A stretch of 64,000 bases of DNA from Candidatus Micrarchaeota archaeon (GCA_027365725.1 DAHXMA010000012.1:50488-114487), one strand, 5' to 3'. Shown: positions 54,038 to 62,470, counted from the stretch's first letter. The notes: generated from the sequence alone by a model not told the origin. Made by a program: numbers and translations.

Positions 54038-54193
54038 ACTTAGACAAAAGTCTTTTTGTAGGAAAAGTTTAAAAATGTGACCTACAATATGAATGTGGAA
54101 GTGTTGTAGATGCAAGCAAGACTTGGTAACGTAATTGGTCATGGAATGTGGCTAGCTTCGCCTTTGGGTATGAATTACGTCTTCAATAAGTCA

Positions 54194-54259
54194 GCAACAA
54201 TATGCAACTACATAATATTTGTTGCATAAGAGCAACAATACGGATTTTTTGGTGCTCTT
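54194..54259. promoter_or_regulatory. Operator-like repeats upstream of the wHTH gene
   Basis: GCAACAATAT (54194-54203), its inverted copy ATATTTGTTGC (54215-54225), GCAACAATAC (54232-54241), and the inverted pair AAGAGCA/TGCTCTT (54228-34 / 54253-59) abutting ATG 54260. Confidence 0.3.
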
Positions 54260-54589
54260 ATGCATGTACAAACTACTAGTATTGAAAATGTCGGTCAGCT
54301 TAGGCTGACAGACAAAGAGCTTATGCTAATGTATGAAATAGGACTCAACCTGATTCCTACCGCTACGGATTTCGTAGACTATGTCTCTTCAAAGTACCAG
54401 GTATCCCAAAGCGGAGTATGGTACACGCTCAAGAAGCTCAAGAAGGAGAGCTTAGTGGATTTTATGGAAAAGGGAGAAGGTCCAAAACCGCTCGGCCTGA
54501 CCGAACTGGGAATGTCCGTGATACGCGGCAAGATAACAGATGTGCAGCACAGGCAGTACCACCACGTTACAATGTCAGTAAAGGCATAG
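54260..54589 (+). CDS. Winged-helix transcriptional regulator
   Basis: VSQSGVWYTLKKLKKESLVDFMEKGEGPKPLGLTELG is an HTH recognition helix plus wing pattern. 109 aa. Confidence 0.55.
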   Translation: MHVQTTSIENVGQLRLTDKELMLMYEIGLNLIPTATDFVDYVSSKYQVSQSGVWYTLKKLKKESLVDFMEKGEGPKPLGLTELGMSVIRGKITDVQHRQYHHVTMSVKA

Positions 54590-54616
54590 AGATACCCCTG
54601 CCCCAGCGCTACGCAC

Positions 54617-55213
54617 TTATTTCGGGTCCCGCTCCTTAACCTTTTTTACTACCTTGCCTATGTTGTCTTCAAGCGCCCTGACTGTCGAAGTATTCGCTAT
54701 AACATAATCTGCGTCCTTTATTATATGCATTATCCCATGCCTTTCCTCTGACCTTGCCTTCATGAATCCCCGCTTCTCCCTTGTATCAAGCCACATGAAA
54801 TCTTTCATGTCCTTTGGGTCTTCCGGCTTTCCCCTTGCCTTAAGCCTGCCAAACCTGGTCTTTATCGGGGCCAGAAGCGCTACAATGTATATGTCCTTTA
54901 TGCGTTTTTTGAGATAGTCCATCTCATATGTGCTCCTTATTCCCATTATTGCAACATGATCCTTATTTTTGCGTATTTTACTGAATGCATATCTTGCATA
55001 GACGTCCTTGCCGTATTTCTGCCTTATCTTCCTTGTAAACTCCCGCGTTCCTATGGGATCGAACCGCGATATGTGATTTTTCCGAAGAAGTTCCCTCCAT
55101 ATATCCCCAAGCTCTATGACTTCAAAACCGCGTTTTTTGAGCATGTCTGCCGAAAGGCTCTTACCAGAGCCAGGCAGCCCAACAACAGTAATAACCACCT
55201 TCCCTTTTTTCAT
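54617..55213 (-). CDS. P-loop nucleotide kinase (UPF0200/adenylate-kinase-like, dephospho-CoA-kinase-related)
   Basis: VITVVGLPGSGKSLSADMLKKRGFEVIELGDIWRE. Start taken at MKKGKVV. The upstream ORF-track extension overlaps the next gene. Confidence 0.55.
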   Translation of the reverse strand: MKKGKVVITVVGLPGSGKSLSADMLKKRGFEVIELGDIWRELLRKNHISRFDPIGTREFTRKIRQKYGKDVYARYAFSKIRKNKDHVAIMGIRSTYEMDYLKKRIKDIYIVALLAPIKTRFGRLKARGKPEDPKDMKDFMWLDTREKRGFMKARSEERHGIMHIIKDADYVIANTSTVRALEDNIGKVVKKVKERDPK

Positions 55214-55223
55214 AACTATGGCC

Positions 55224-55553
55224 TCAATGTATTTTAGACCCAAGCGGCATGTCCCTATCCGGCACAAGCAAAGATATGCCACCGCTTTCGCCAGCCGCAA
55301 GGAGCATGCCCTCAGATTCAACCCCGGCTATGGCCTTGTGATCTAGATTTACTATGCACACAACCTTTTTATCAACCAGGTCCTCCTTCGCGTAGCTGTC
55401 CTTTATCCCAGCGACAATAATTTTAACGCCATAATCTCCCCCAAAATCTATCTCAAGCTTATATAGCGGCTTTCGTGCCCCGTCAATTTCACTTGCGCTT
55501 CTTATTGAACCCACGCGCAGGTCCAGCATAGCAAAAGTATCTATCGTCACCAC
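55224..55553 (-). CDS. tRNA-binding domain protein (Trbp111/CsaA-like)
   Basis: TIDTFAMLDLRVGSIRSASEIDGARKPLYKLEIDFG...VCIVNL...GVESEGMLLAA is an OB-fold tRNA-binding domain. Probable GTG start near 55553. Confidence 0.7.
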   Translation of the reverse strand: MVTIDTFAMLDLRVGSIRSASEIDGARKPLYKLEIDFGGDYGVKIIVAGIKDSYAKEDLVDKKVVCIVNLDHKAIAGVESEGMLLAAGESGGISLLVPDRDMPLGSKIH

Positions 55554-55598
55554 AAAAAGCACAAAATAAATTAACCACCAAGTTATATATATTAACGC

Positions 55599-56132
55599 AT
55601 GCGAGCATTCATATCCCTGGATGTGCCACAATTCATTCGCTCAAAACTGCACGAATTTGGCGCTTCGATACCTGGAAAAATATCAATAGTGCCTGAAAGC
55701 AATATGCACATAACCCTTCAATTCCTAGGAGAAATAAATAACGCCTCAATTGAAAAAGCAGAAGCTGCGATAGGAGGCATTCATAGCCTAAAATTTTCAG
55801 TTGATGTCAGCGGCATAAGCTTCTTCGGGAACGAAAGCATGCATACCATATACGCAAAGATTAATGACAACGGAGCTTCAAAGCATCTGTACTTGGAACT
55901 TCAGCAGCGGCTTAGCGAAAACGGAATAAACCCGCAGCATGAGCACAGTTACGTTCCGCATATAACTCTTGCCAGAGTAAAGCAGCCTTCACAGGAAACA
56001 GCCGCATTCATAAGCAGAAACTCCGAAGTGTCATTCGGCGCGTTTGTTGCCGACACAGTTTCACTAAGGCAAAGTATTGCTACTGCACTGGGTCCGTCCT
56101 ATTCAAGCCTTTATGAAAGAAAGCTTCTTTAA
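55599..56132 (+). CDS. thpR: RNA 2',3'-cyclic phosphodiesterase (2H phosphoesterase, LigT/ThpR)
   Basis: Two H-x-T-x motifs: NMHITLQFLG and VPHITLARV. Confidence 0.8.
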   Translation: MRAFISLDVPQFIRSKLHEFGASIPGKISIVPESNMHITLQFLGEINNASIEKAEAAIGGIHSLKFSVDVSGISFFGNESMHTIYAKINDNGASKHLYLELQQRLSENGINPQHEHSYVPHITLARVKQPSQETAAFISRNSEVSFGAFVADTVSLRQSIATALGPSYSSLYERKLL

Positions 56133-56693
56133 GCTGCCCTTAAATTCGTCAACTGTGGTCTTGTTTGCCAGCTCCCCTGGCCTGTAAATCCTATTAAGCA
56201 AGAAAAGGTTGTAAGGCAGCCCTGTCTTTGTGTCTATTGCAATATTCCTAGTATCAGTGCCAAACAGATCAACCTCAACCATCATGCACTTTATCTTTTT
56301 GGCAAAATAATCAATACCCGCCAATGGGTCAGCATACCCGTTTTGCAATCCAATGAGCCTTATTTCCAGGTTAGGGTTGCGTATTCTTTTAAGCACCGAA
56401 ACTATTCCAGACATTTCTCTCTCAGTCATTGCGCTTCCTGCACGCAGCGCTACAGTTTCCCTGTTGTTGACATTGTAGAACTCTACTAGCAAGTCATATG
56501 AAATCTCCTTTGCAATTATGTACCTCTTAGCTTCATTATACGCCGTGTGCAGGATGTTGCCAAGCTCCAGATGCACTGCCCGGTCTTCGACCATGGCCAA
56601 TGATGTATGTTTCCTATCACTATATCTCATTTCAAGGCCCCCATCCGTCGCCCCATTAGCAATCCTTGACCTGTACAACTGCCAGAAATCCAA
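56103..56693 (-). CDS. Hypothetical protein
   Basis: 196-aa ORF with no family recognised. 3' end overlaps the convergent thpR by 30 nt. Confidence 0.4.
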   Translation of the reverse strand: MDFWQLYRSRIANGATDGGLEMRYSDRKHTSLAMVEDRAVHLELGNILHTAYNEAKRYIIAKEISYDLLVEFYNVNNRETVALRAGSAMTEREMSGIVSVLKRIRNPNLEIRLIGLQNGYADPLAGIDYFAKKIKCMMVEVDLFGTDTRNIAIDTKTGLPYNLFLLNRIYRPGELANKTTVDEFKGSLKKLSFIKA

Positions 56694-56917
56694 AATACCG
56701 CCTTTACAAATATATGCAATATCTTGTTTATAACCTTTTCACAAGCGAATGGGATAAAGCGCTTGCATGCCCCAAACAAGCAGTTTTGTCAGGCAAATGT
56801 CAAACCGTGCCGCAAAATAGGCCCGAAACCTTGTAGGCTCTATTTTTAAACCTAAACATAGTACAAAAGCATTAAAGTCAAAGCAAACTACCGTAAATCA
56901 GACATCACGCTGATCGA

Positions 56918-58246
56918 ATGGAATCAACAGTAATGTTCAAGCGTATTGGAGCAAGGGCTCGCGCCGCAGACCGCAGCAAATGCATAGACTCTGCCTTCTC
57001 ACAACTTTTAGGCCACATAGACAATAACGGCTTCACAAAAGCGTCCCTGACCTATGAATGGTATGGCGCTTCATGGTTCAGGGATTCTTCAATGGTTGTG
57101 CTTGGCCTTTTGGACTGTGCAGAGATGTATTCCAGCAAAAACCCAGAAAAATATTCAGAAGCAGTAACAAATGCAGGAAAAATCCTAGATTTCATGTGGC
57201 TTGTCACAGCGGAAAACCTACACAAAATCTCAGCAGCCAACACGCTCGACAAAGACTCAAAGCACTTCAAAGCACTAGACAACCATCTCCCAGCAAGGGT
57301 AAACCCAAAAGGGGGTTATTTCAGCATTGAATCAAACGGCAGGAACTATTCAGACCAGTCGGAAGCCGGGAAGGATAGCTGGCTTAGGCAGTACGATTCA
57401 ATACCCCTTATTTTCATAGCGACCGATAAATTCATTGAAGCCTTCGGGCAAAAGGCACTGCCTCAGCGCGCTGTCGAAAACATAAGGCAGGCATTTCCGG
57501 AAACCATAAAATACATATCAAGAGTATATGACACCCCGTGCTCAAACGCCTGGGAGCTAGACTGGTCTGAAATGCACTCTTATACAGTTGCATCCATATC
57601 CAGCGGAATGAAATCTGCCGCGCGAGTTGCCGAAAAACTAGGAATAACTGCAGACCAAAAATTCATTGCAAGCAAGGCTGCAGATATAGACAAATTCTTG
57701 GAATCAACCTTCATAAGGGAAGGAATACTGTGCAAATCTGCAAAAATAAACGGAAAATTGTCATACACCGACCGTAACATGCCAGTTGACGCATCTGAGA
57801 TATTCATCTTTTCCCTGTTCAAGCCAGCCCTGCCCGCGGAAGTGGAGAAAAACACGATTGCAAAGATAGAAAGCGACCTTTTCGCAGGCAATACCCTCCC
57901 AATACGGTTTGAAGGGGACACTTATTTTACAGGGGGCAGGTGGCTGCTTTGCGGACTGGAATTTGCAAGATACTGCGCAGACAAAGGAAACATTGGCAAA
58001 TCAGGCAAAATAATAAAACACATAGAATCAAGGTATTCTGCTTATGGAATGATGCTGCCTGAGCAGGAGATAACAAACGTAGCCAGCCCCAAAGGCGACC
58101 CGGACCACTATCTTGAAAAGAACGGAAACTCGCCAATATCAGACCTTGCCTGGTCCGAGGCCGAATACCTGCGTGCAGTGTGTGCATACTCCAAGCGCCT
58201 GCAGGTAAGCGGCATTGCTGCATTGTCAAAAACACTCCGGCGCTAA
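56918..58246 (+). CDS. Glycoside hydrolase family 15 (glucoamylase/trehalase-like)
   Basis: YEWYGASWFRDSSMVVLGL, SNAWELDW and (alpha/alpha)6-barrel-length sequence, typical of archaeal GH15. Confidence 0.75.
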   Translation: MESTVMFKRIGARARAADRSKCIDSAFSQLLGHIDNNGFTKASLTYEWYGASWFRDSSMVVLGLLDCAEMYSSKNPEKYSEAVTNAGKILDFMWLVTAENLHKISAANTLDKDSKHFKALDNHLPARVNPKGGYFSIESNGRNYSDQSEAGKDSWLRQYDSIPLIFIATDKFIEAFGQKALPQRAVENIRQAFPETIKYISRVYDTPCSNAWELDWSEMHSYTVASISSGMKSAARVAEKLGITADQKFIASKAADIDKFLESTFIREGILCKSAKINGKLSYTDRNMPVDASEIFIFSLFKPALPAEVEKNTIAKIESDLFAGNTLPIRFEGDTYFTGGRWLLCGLEFARYCADKGNIGKSGKIIKHIESRYSAYGMMLPEQEITNVASPKGDPDHYLEKNGNSPISDLAWSEAEYLRAVCAYSKRLQVSGIAALSKTLRR

Positions 58247-58380
58247 AAACGGCTCAATTTTACCCATTTCGGCGCATTTATAAACAAACGCGGCACAGAC
58301 GAATATTTATATATATTTCAGTGCAAGTATCAAGCAAGTATCAATTTACTTATACCTAGTTTTGGAAGCGCCGGGTTATC

Positions 58381-58950
58381 ATGAAGTTATCAGTGCTAGA
58401 AAACGATGACAGGTCATTGAAGTTCGAGCTAGACGGAACCAACTTTTCCTTTGCAAATGCTCTAAGACGCACAATGATAAACAATGTAGGGTGCCTGGCG
58501 ATAGACTCCGTAACATTTTATGAGAATTCAAGCGCAATGTTCGACGAATACATAGCGCACAGGATAGGACTTATACCAATACACACCCCAAAGGGCTACG
58601 ACGAGAAGGACGAGGTGGTATTCTCTCTTTCTGCAGAGGGCCCAGCAACAGTGATGTCAAAGGATCTAATAAGCACTTCAAAGGATGTTAAAGTTGCAAA
58701 CGGTAATATACCAATAATAAAGCTTGCGCAAGGCCAGTCAATAAAGCTTGACGGCAAAGCCATATTCAGCAGCGCCATCAAAAGCTCAAAGTTCCAGCCC
58801 GGCCTTGTCACATACAAAGCAAAAAGCGAAGGCAAGTTCGAGTTTTATATTGAGACCTTTGGCCAAATGCCGCCACTGGAGATAGCGCACAGGGCGCTAA
58901 ATATAATAAGCGATAACTTAAAAGATGTAAGCAAAGAAATCAAGAAATAG
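58381..58950 (+). CDS. rpoD: DNA-directed RNA polymerase subunit D (Rpo3), short form
   Basis: FANALRRTMINNVGCLAIDSVTFYENSSAMFDEYIAHRIGLIPI. 189 aa, i.e. no Fe-S-cluster domain insertion (as in some methanogens). Confidence 0.85.
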   Translation: MKLSVLENDDRSLKFELDGTNFSFANALRRTMINNVGCLAIDSVTFYENSSAMFDEYIAHRIGLIPIHTPKGYDEKDEVVFSLSAEGPATVMSKDLISTSKDVKVANGNIPIIKLAQGQSIKLDGKAIFSSAIKSSKFQPGLVTYKAKSEGKFEFYIETFGQMPPLEIAHRALNIISDNLKDVSKEIKK

Positions 58951-58958
58951 TGCCTCAT

Positions 58959-59048
58959 GCAGGGGTGGCAGAGCTTGGCCAAATGCGCTGGCTTGAGGGG
59001 TCAGTAGCTTTAGTGCTTGCGTGAGTTCAAATCTCACCCCCTGCACCA
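58959..59048 (+). tRNA. tRNA-Leu (anticodon GAG), CCA encoded
   Basis: Acceptor GCAGGGG/CCCCTGC, anticodon stem CTGGC/GTCAG, loop TTGAGGG, long variable arm, T-arm GTGAG-TTCAAAT-CTCAC, ACCA 3' end. Confidence 0.85.
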
Positions 59049-59060
59049 CAGAGTGGAAAA

Positions 59061-59408
59061 ATGGAGAACATAGAAAATTCAAAAATCAGCAGATGGGTCG
59101 CAGCGATAGAGCGCGCAAGGCCCGGCTCAAAGAACCAGAAGAAGCTCAGCTACCTGATAAGGCTTGCCACCAGGCCGAAGCGCTCAAGGCCGAGCGTGAA
59201 CATAGACAAGCTTGAAAAGCTTGCAAAGGAGAATGATAGCATAATAATACCTGGCAAGGTTCTCGGCGCAGGCAGAATAAGCAAGAAGCTTAACATATGC
59301 GCAGTGGACTTCACCAGCAGCGCAATTGAAAAGCTCAAGGGCTCCGGATGCCGCATTGTAAGCATAGAAGACGCAATAAAGGACAAGGCATCAAGAATAA
59401 TAATATAA
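59061..59408 (+). CDS. rpl18e: Ribosomal protein L18e
   Basis: RLATRPKRSRPSVNIDKL...IIIPGKVLGAGRISKKLNICAVDFTSSAIEKL is the L18e pattern, in the conserved position after rpoD. Confidence 0.85.
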   Translation: MENIENSKISRWVAAIERARPGSKNQKKLSYLIRLATRPKRSRPSVNIDKLEKLAKENDSIIIPGKVLGAGRISKKLNICAVDFTSSAIEKLKGSGCRIVSIEDAIKDKASRIII

Positions 59409-59410
59409 AA

Positions 59411-59866
59411 ATGACAACCATGGCAGTACACAAAACAGCTGCGATGTTCAGGAGGGCAGGGCCGCTGTTTATATTGGACCAGAAATCAAACTATCAGGAA
59501 ACCATAAGCATCCTTGAGCTAAGCGGCCTTTCACCAATATCATCAAAGGCAGCGCTATCCCATTCAAAGGAACTTATAGAAAACCTCAAAGGAAAGGGCT
59601 TTTATTTATCCGACAAGGAGATATCGGTTGACGGAATGATGACTTTCGACGGCAAAGGAAACATGCATCGCGCAACAAATAGCGAGAGCGTTGACCAAAG
59701 GGTCCGTGTATGGCCCGGGAAAGGAGCCGTGTATCTGCACGTATCCGAAGAGGCGCTTGGCAACAGGCGCTTTGCACTGTTCGGAGAGCGCCAGGCCTCA
59801 TGGAACGCAGACGTTGTGGTCGGAGTAAGGAAAAGGCAGCCAATAAAAGATGCAAAAAGGGAATGA
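59411..59866 (+). CDS. Hypothetical protein inserted between L18e and L13
   Basis: 152 aa from ATG 59411 (MTTMAVHKTAAMFRRAGPLF...). No family recognised. Same strand and tightly packed within the r-protein cluster. Confidence 0.45.
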   Translation: MTTMAVHKTAAMFRRAGPLFILDQKSNYQETISILELSGLSPISSKAALSHSKELIENLKGKGFYLSDKEISVDGMMTFDGKGNMHRATNSESVDQRVRVWPGKGAVYLHVSEEALGNRRFALFGERQASWNADVVVGVRKRQPIKDAKRE

Positions 59867-59954
59867 AGCCAGCAATCAAAAAGGATTTAAGACGCAAAGC
59901 CATATGAATAGTAATAAAAATGAGATAAGCAGAAGCCTACAAAAGAGGATAATA

Positions 59955-60386
59955 ATGGATTATGTAATTGATGGATCAAATAAGGTGGTTGGCAGAGTGG
60001 CTAGCGTAGCTGCCAAGCTGCTCCTCCAGTCAAACAACGTTTCAATAGTTAATGCAGAGAGCATGATTATAACCGGGCACGAAAAGGACATAATGGAGAA
60101 ATATAAACGCCTAATCGAGCTCAAGGACAAGGCGAACCCCGAGCACTCTCCCTACTGGCCAAGGCGGCCGGACATGTTTGTCAAGCGCATAATACGCGGA
60201 ATGCTCCCTTACAAGAAGCCAAGCGGCAAATCTGCATTCAAGAGGCTCAGGGTTTATGTCGGCTATCCAGAAGAGCTAAAGAATACAAAAGTAATGAAAA
60301 CTGAAGCCAAGGACCCAAGGGAGATATTCGAGCGATTTGTATATATAAAGGATCTCACCTCAAAGCTTGGATATAGAGTCAGATAA
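59955..60386 (+). CDS. rpl13: Ribosomal protein L13 (uL13)
   Basis: VIDGSNKVVGRVASVAAKLLL...VSIVNAESMIITG...RIIRGMLPYKKPSGKSAFKRLRVYVG. Start is ATG 59955 (or 59904). Confidence 0.85.
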   Translation: MDYVIDGSNKVVGRVASVAAKLLLQSNNVSIVNAESMIITGHEKDIMEKYKRLIELKDKANPEHSPYWPRRPDMFVKRIIRGMLPYKKPSGKSAFKRLRVYVGYPEELKNTKVMKTEAKDPREIFERFVYIKDLTSKLGYRVR

Positions 60387-60388
60387 TC

Positions 60389-60943
60389 ATGGCTAACGAA
60401 ACAAAAACCGGTTTAGAAAACCTTGACAAAGAGTTAAGCGCGCTTTATCAGCCAAAAGCAACCTCTGCAAGGCCACAGCAGCGCAAAAGCACAACGGATT
60501 CCAAATCATCAAAGCGCAAGCCAGCAGCAAAGAAGCCCTTCCAGGCAAAGGGCAAACGCAAAAGGGCAATAGCAAGGGCCACACTGACTCCAGGTGGCAG
60601 CGGAAAAATAACAGTCAATGGCATAGACATAAACCTTTTCAGGCCAAAGGAGATAAGGGAGCTAGTGCTTGAACCCATAAGGGCCACACGGGCAGCTGCA
60701 GCAGTGGCAGGACGCTCAGACATATCCGTGAATTCTCGCGGCGGAGGATTCAGTGGCCAGGCACAGGCAGCGCGTACGGCAATTGCAAAAGTGATCGTTG
60801 CTGCATCTTCATCTCCAGAGTCGCTAAGGAGCTTTTACATGGAATATGACAGGAACCTGCTTATAGACGACACACGGCGCGTGGAGCCAAAGAAATTCAA
60901 GGGGCCTAAGGCACGTGCAAGATTCCAGAAGTCGTATAGATGA
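60389..60943 (+). CDS. rps9: Ribosomal protein S9 (uS9) with ~55-aa basic N-terminal extension
   Basis: GKRKRAIARATLTPGGSGKITVNG ... KKFKGPKARARFQKSYR is the uS9 core. It is preceded by a K/S/T/Q-rich segment with no internal Met. Confidence 0.9.
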   Translation: MANETKTGLENLDKELSALYQPKATSARPQQRKSTTDSKSSKRKPAAKKPFQAKGKRKRAIARATLTPGGSGKITVNGIDINLFRPKEIRELVLEPIRATRAAAAVAGRSDISVNSRGGGFSGQAQAARTAIAKVIVAASSSPESLRSFYMEYDRNLLIDDTRRVEPKKFKGPKARARFQKSYR

Positions 60944-60952
60944 TGTGATAAA

Positions 60953-61153
60953 ATGATGATACCTGTAAGGTGTTTCTCATGCGGCCAAGTCATAGGTGAC
61001 AAGTGGGAAGAGTTTAATGAGAGAGTTAACATAAAGAAGGAAGATCCGAGCAAGGTGCTGGAGCAGCTAAAAGTAAGCAGGTACTGCTGCAAACGCATGC
61101 TCATATCCCATGTAGACCTTATTGATGATGTCATAAACTACAGCAGGAAATAA
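60953..61153 (+). CDS. rpoN: DNA-directed RNA polymerase subunit N (Rpo10)
   Basis: [20 protein letters not shown]...[16 protein letters not shown]. Confidence 0.9.
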   Translation: MMIPVRCFSCGQVIGDKWEEFNERVNIKKEDPSKVLEQLKVSRYCCKRMLISHVDLIDDVINYSRK

Positions 61154-61192
61154 TGTAAACTTTAAAAGAAACTATGTTGAATATAGAAACAA

Positions 61193-61286
61193 GGGGTCGT
61201 CTGCTAGCTTGGTTAGGCTCTGTGCTTAGGGAGCATAAGACCCGAGTTCAAAATGGCCCAAAACCATGAAAATCTCGGCGACCCCG
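61193..61286 (+). tRNA. tRNA (Pro-like; anticodon reads AGG) with 20-nt non-canonical intron in the T-loop (59/60)
   Basis: Acceptor GGGGTCG/CGACCCC, anticodon stem TGTGC/GCATA, loop TTAGGGA, variable AGAC, T-stem CCGAG (61242-46)/CTCGG (61274-78) enclosing 27 nt. Fold: TTCA/TGAA 4-bp helix, 3-nt bulges AAA and AAT on opposite strands, inner TGG/CCA stem. Excising 61253-61272 yields T-loop TTCAAAT. Confidence 0.7.
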
Positions 61287-61299
61287 ATTGGTGTTAAAC

Positions 61300-61914
61300 A
61301 TGACTAACGAACTGTTGATCGACCAGGCCACATATCTTGAGGCAGGGATACACATAGGCACAAAGATAAAGACCCCGGGGATGAAGAGGTTCATATACAA
61401 GATAAGGGAGGACGGACTGTACCTGCTCGAACTCAACACTATAGACCAGAGGATAAGGGAAGCGGCAAAGCTTCTTGCGCAGTACGAGCCAAAGGACATA
61501 GTTATAACTGCGTCAAGGATATACGCCATAGCTTCAGCATCAAAATTCGCAGAAATAACTAAATCAAAGCTTCTTGTAGGAAGGGTCATACCAGGCACAT
61601 TTACAAATCCAAACAGGGAAGACTACATAGAGCCAGGCATAGTCCTGCTGAGCGACACCAGGAACGAGCGCCAGGCGGTAAAGGAAGCAAGCTCTACCGA
61701 CATACCTATAATAGCTCTATGCGACACCGACAACTGGATAAAGTTTGTTGACCTTGTGGTTCCGTGCAACAATAAGGGAAGGCGCGCATTGGCACTTATC
61801 TATTTCCTACTTGCAAGGGAATTCCAAAAAGAGAAAGGGTTAATAAAAACAAACGAGGAATTCACGTATAAGGTCTCTGACTTTGAAGCAAAGGTCGAGA
61901 TGAAGGCGAAGTAA
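61300..61914 (+). CDS. rps2: Ribosomal protein S2 (uS2)
   Basis: LLIDQATYLEAGIHIGTK...RFIYKIREDGLYLLEL...ALCDTD. ATG 61300 lies 14 nt after the tRNA. Confidence 0.9.
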   Translation: MTNELLIDQATYLEAGIHIGTKIKTPGMKRFIYKIREDGLYLLELNTIDQRIREAAKLLAQYEPKDIVITASRIYAIASASKFAEITKSKLLVGRVIPGTFTNPNREDYIEPGIVLLSDTRNERQAVKEASSTDIPIIALCDTDNWIKFVDLVVPCNNKGRRALALIYFLLAREFQKEKGLIKTNEEFTYKVSDFEAKVEMKAK

Positions 61915-61926
61915 TTGCTGCGCGAA

Positions 61927-62454
61927 ATGAAACTACAGCCGGCCGTAGACTTTATCAGTGCGTACGGCATGGCCATACTTGTTGTAATTGTCGCACTGCT
62001 TGCAATATCTGCCATAGCTCTACGCACTCCAAAGGCGCCTTCATGCATATCTCCGCCCGGATTTAACTGCGACTACATATCGATAAATTCCACCGGCATA
62101 CTCACAGCAAAGTTCTCCCAGGCAATAGGGTCGCAGATAACCATAGACGGAGCAGCGTGCGATGCGCAGCAAAACTATACATACGACTCCCCGCTATACG
62201 GGAATGTTGGCGTAGGCGCAAACTCCTTATACTATCCTGCGCCTCTGTCTGCGCAGGGCCATTATCCCCCGGGCAACACAATATACAGCGGCAGTTCTTA
62301 CGTCTTGTACGTGCCTTGCTATGGAGTAAGCGGCCAGCAGGCATCCGGTGCGCTGGGCAGCCAATTCACAGGCTATTTATGGCTAAATTACTCAATATCA
62401 GGATATGGCAGCCAAATACAGAAAATTGCCACTTTTACTGCAGAATATTCATAA
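61927..62454 (+). CDS. Archaeal type IV pilin-like protein (class III signal peptide candidate)
   Basis: MKLQPAVDFISAYGMAILVVIVALLAI resembles the QxSxExxxL class III signal motif followed by a hydrophobic helix. The mature part is G/S/Y/N-rich. Confidence 0.5.
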   Translation: MKLQPAVDFISAYGMAILVVIVALLAISAIALRTPKAPSCISPPGFNCDYISINSTGILTAKFSQAIGSQITIDGAACDAQQNYTYDSPLYGNVGVGANSLYYPAPLSAQGHYPPGNTIYSGSSYVLYVPCYGVSGQQASGALGSQFTGYLWLNYSISGYGSQIQKIATFTAEYS

Positions 62455-62470
62455 AGTGCCAATAATCAAA

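Noticed and set aside
58381-58950. The short (189 aa) RpoD lacking the Fe-S domain, as a novelty.
   Set aside because: Similarly short D subunits without the cluster domain are known in some archaea (e.g. Methanococcales, from memory), so this is not unusual in itself.
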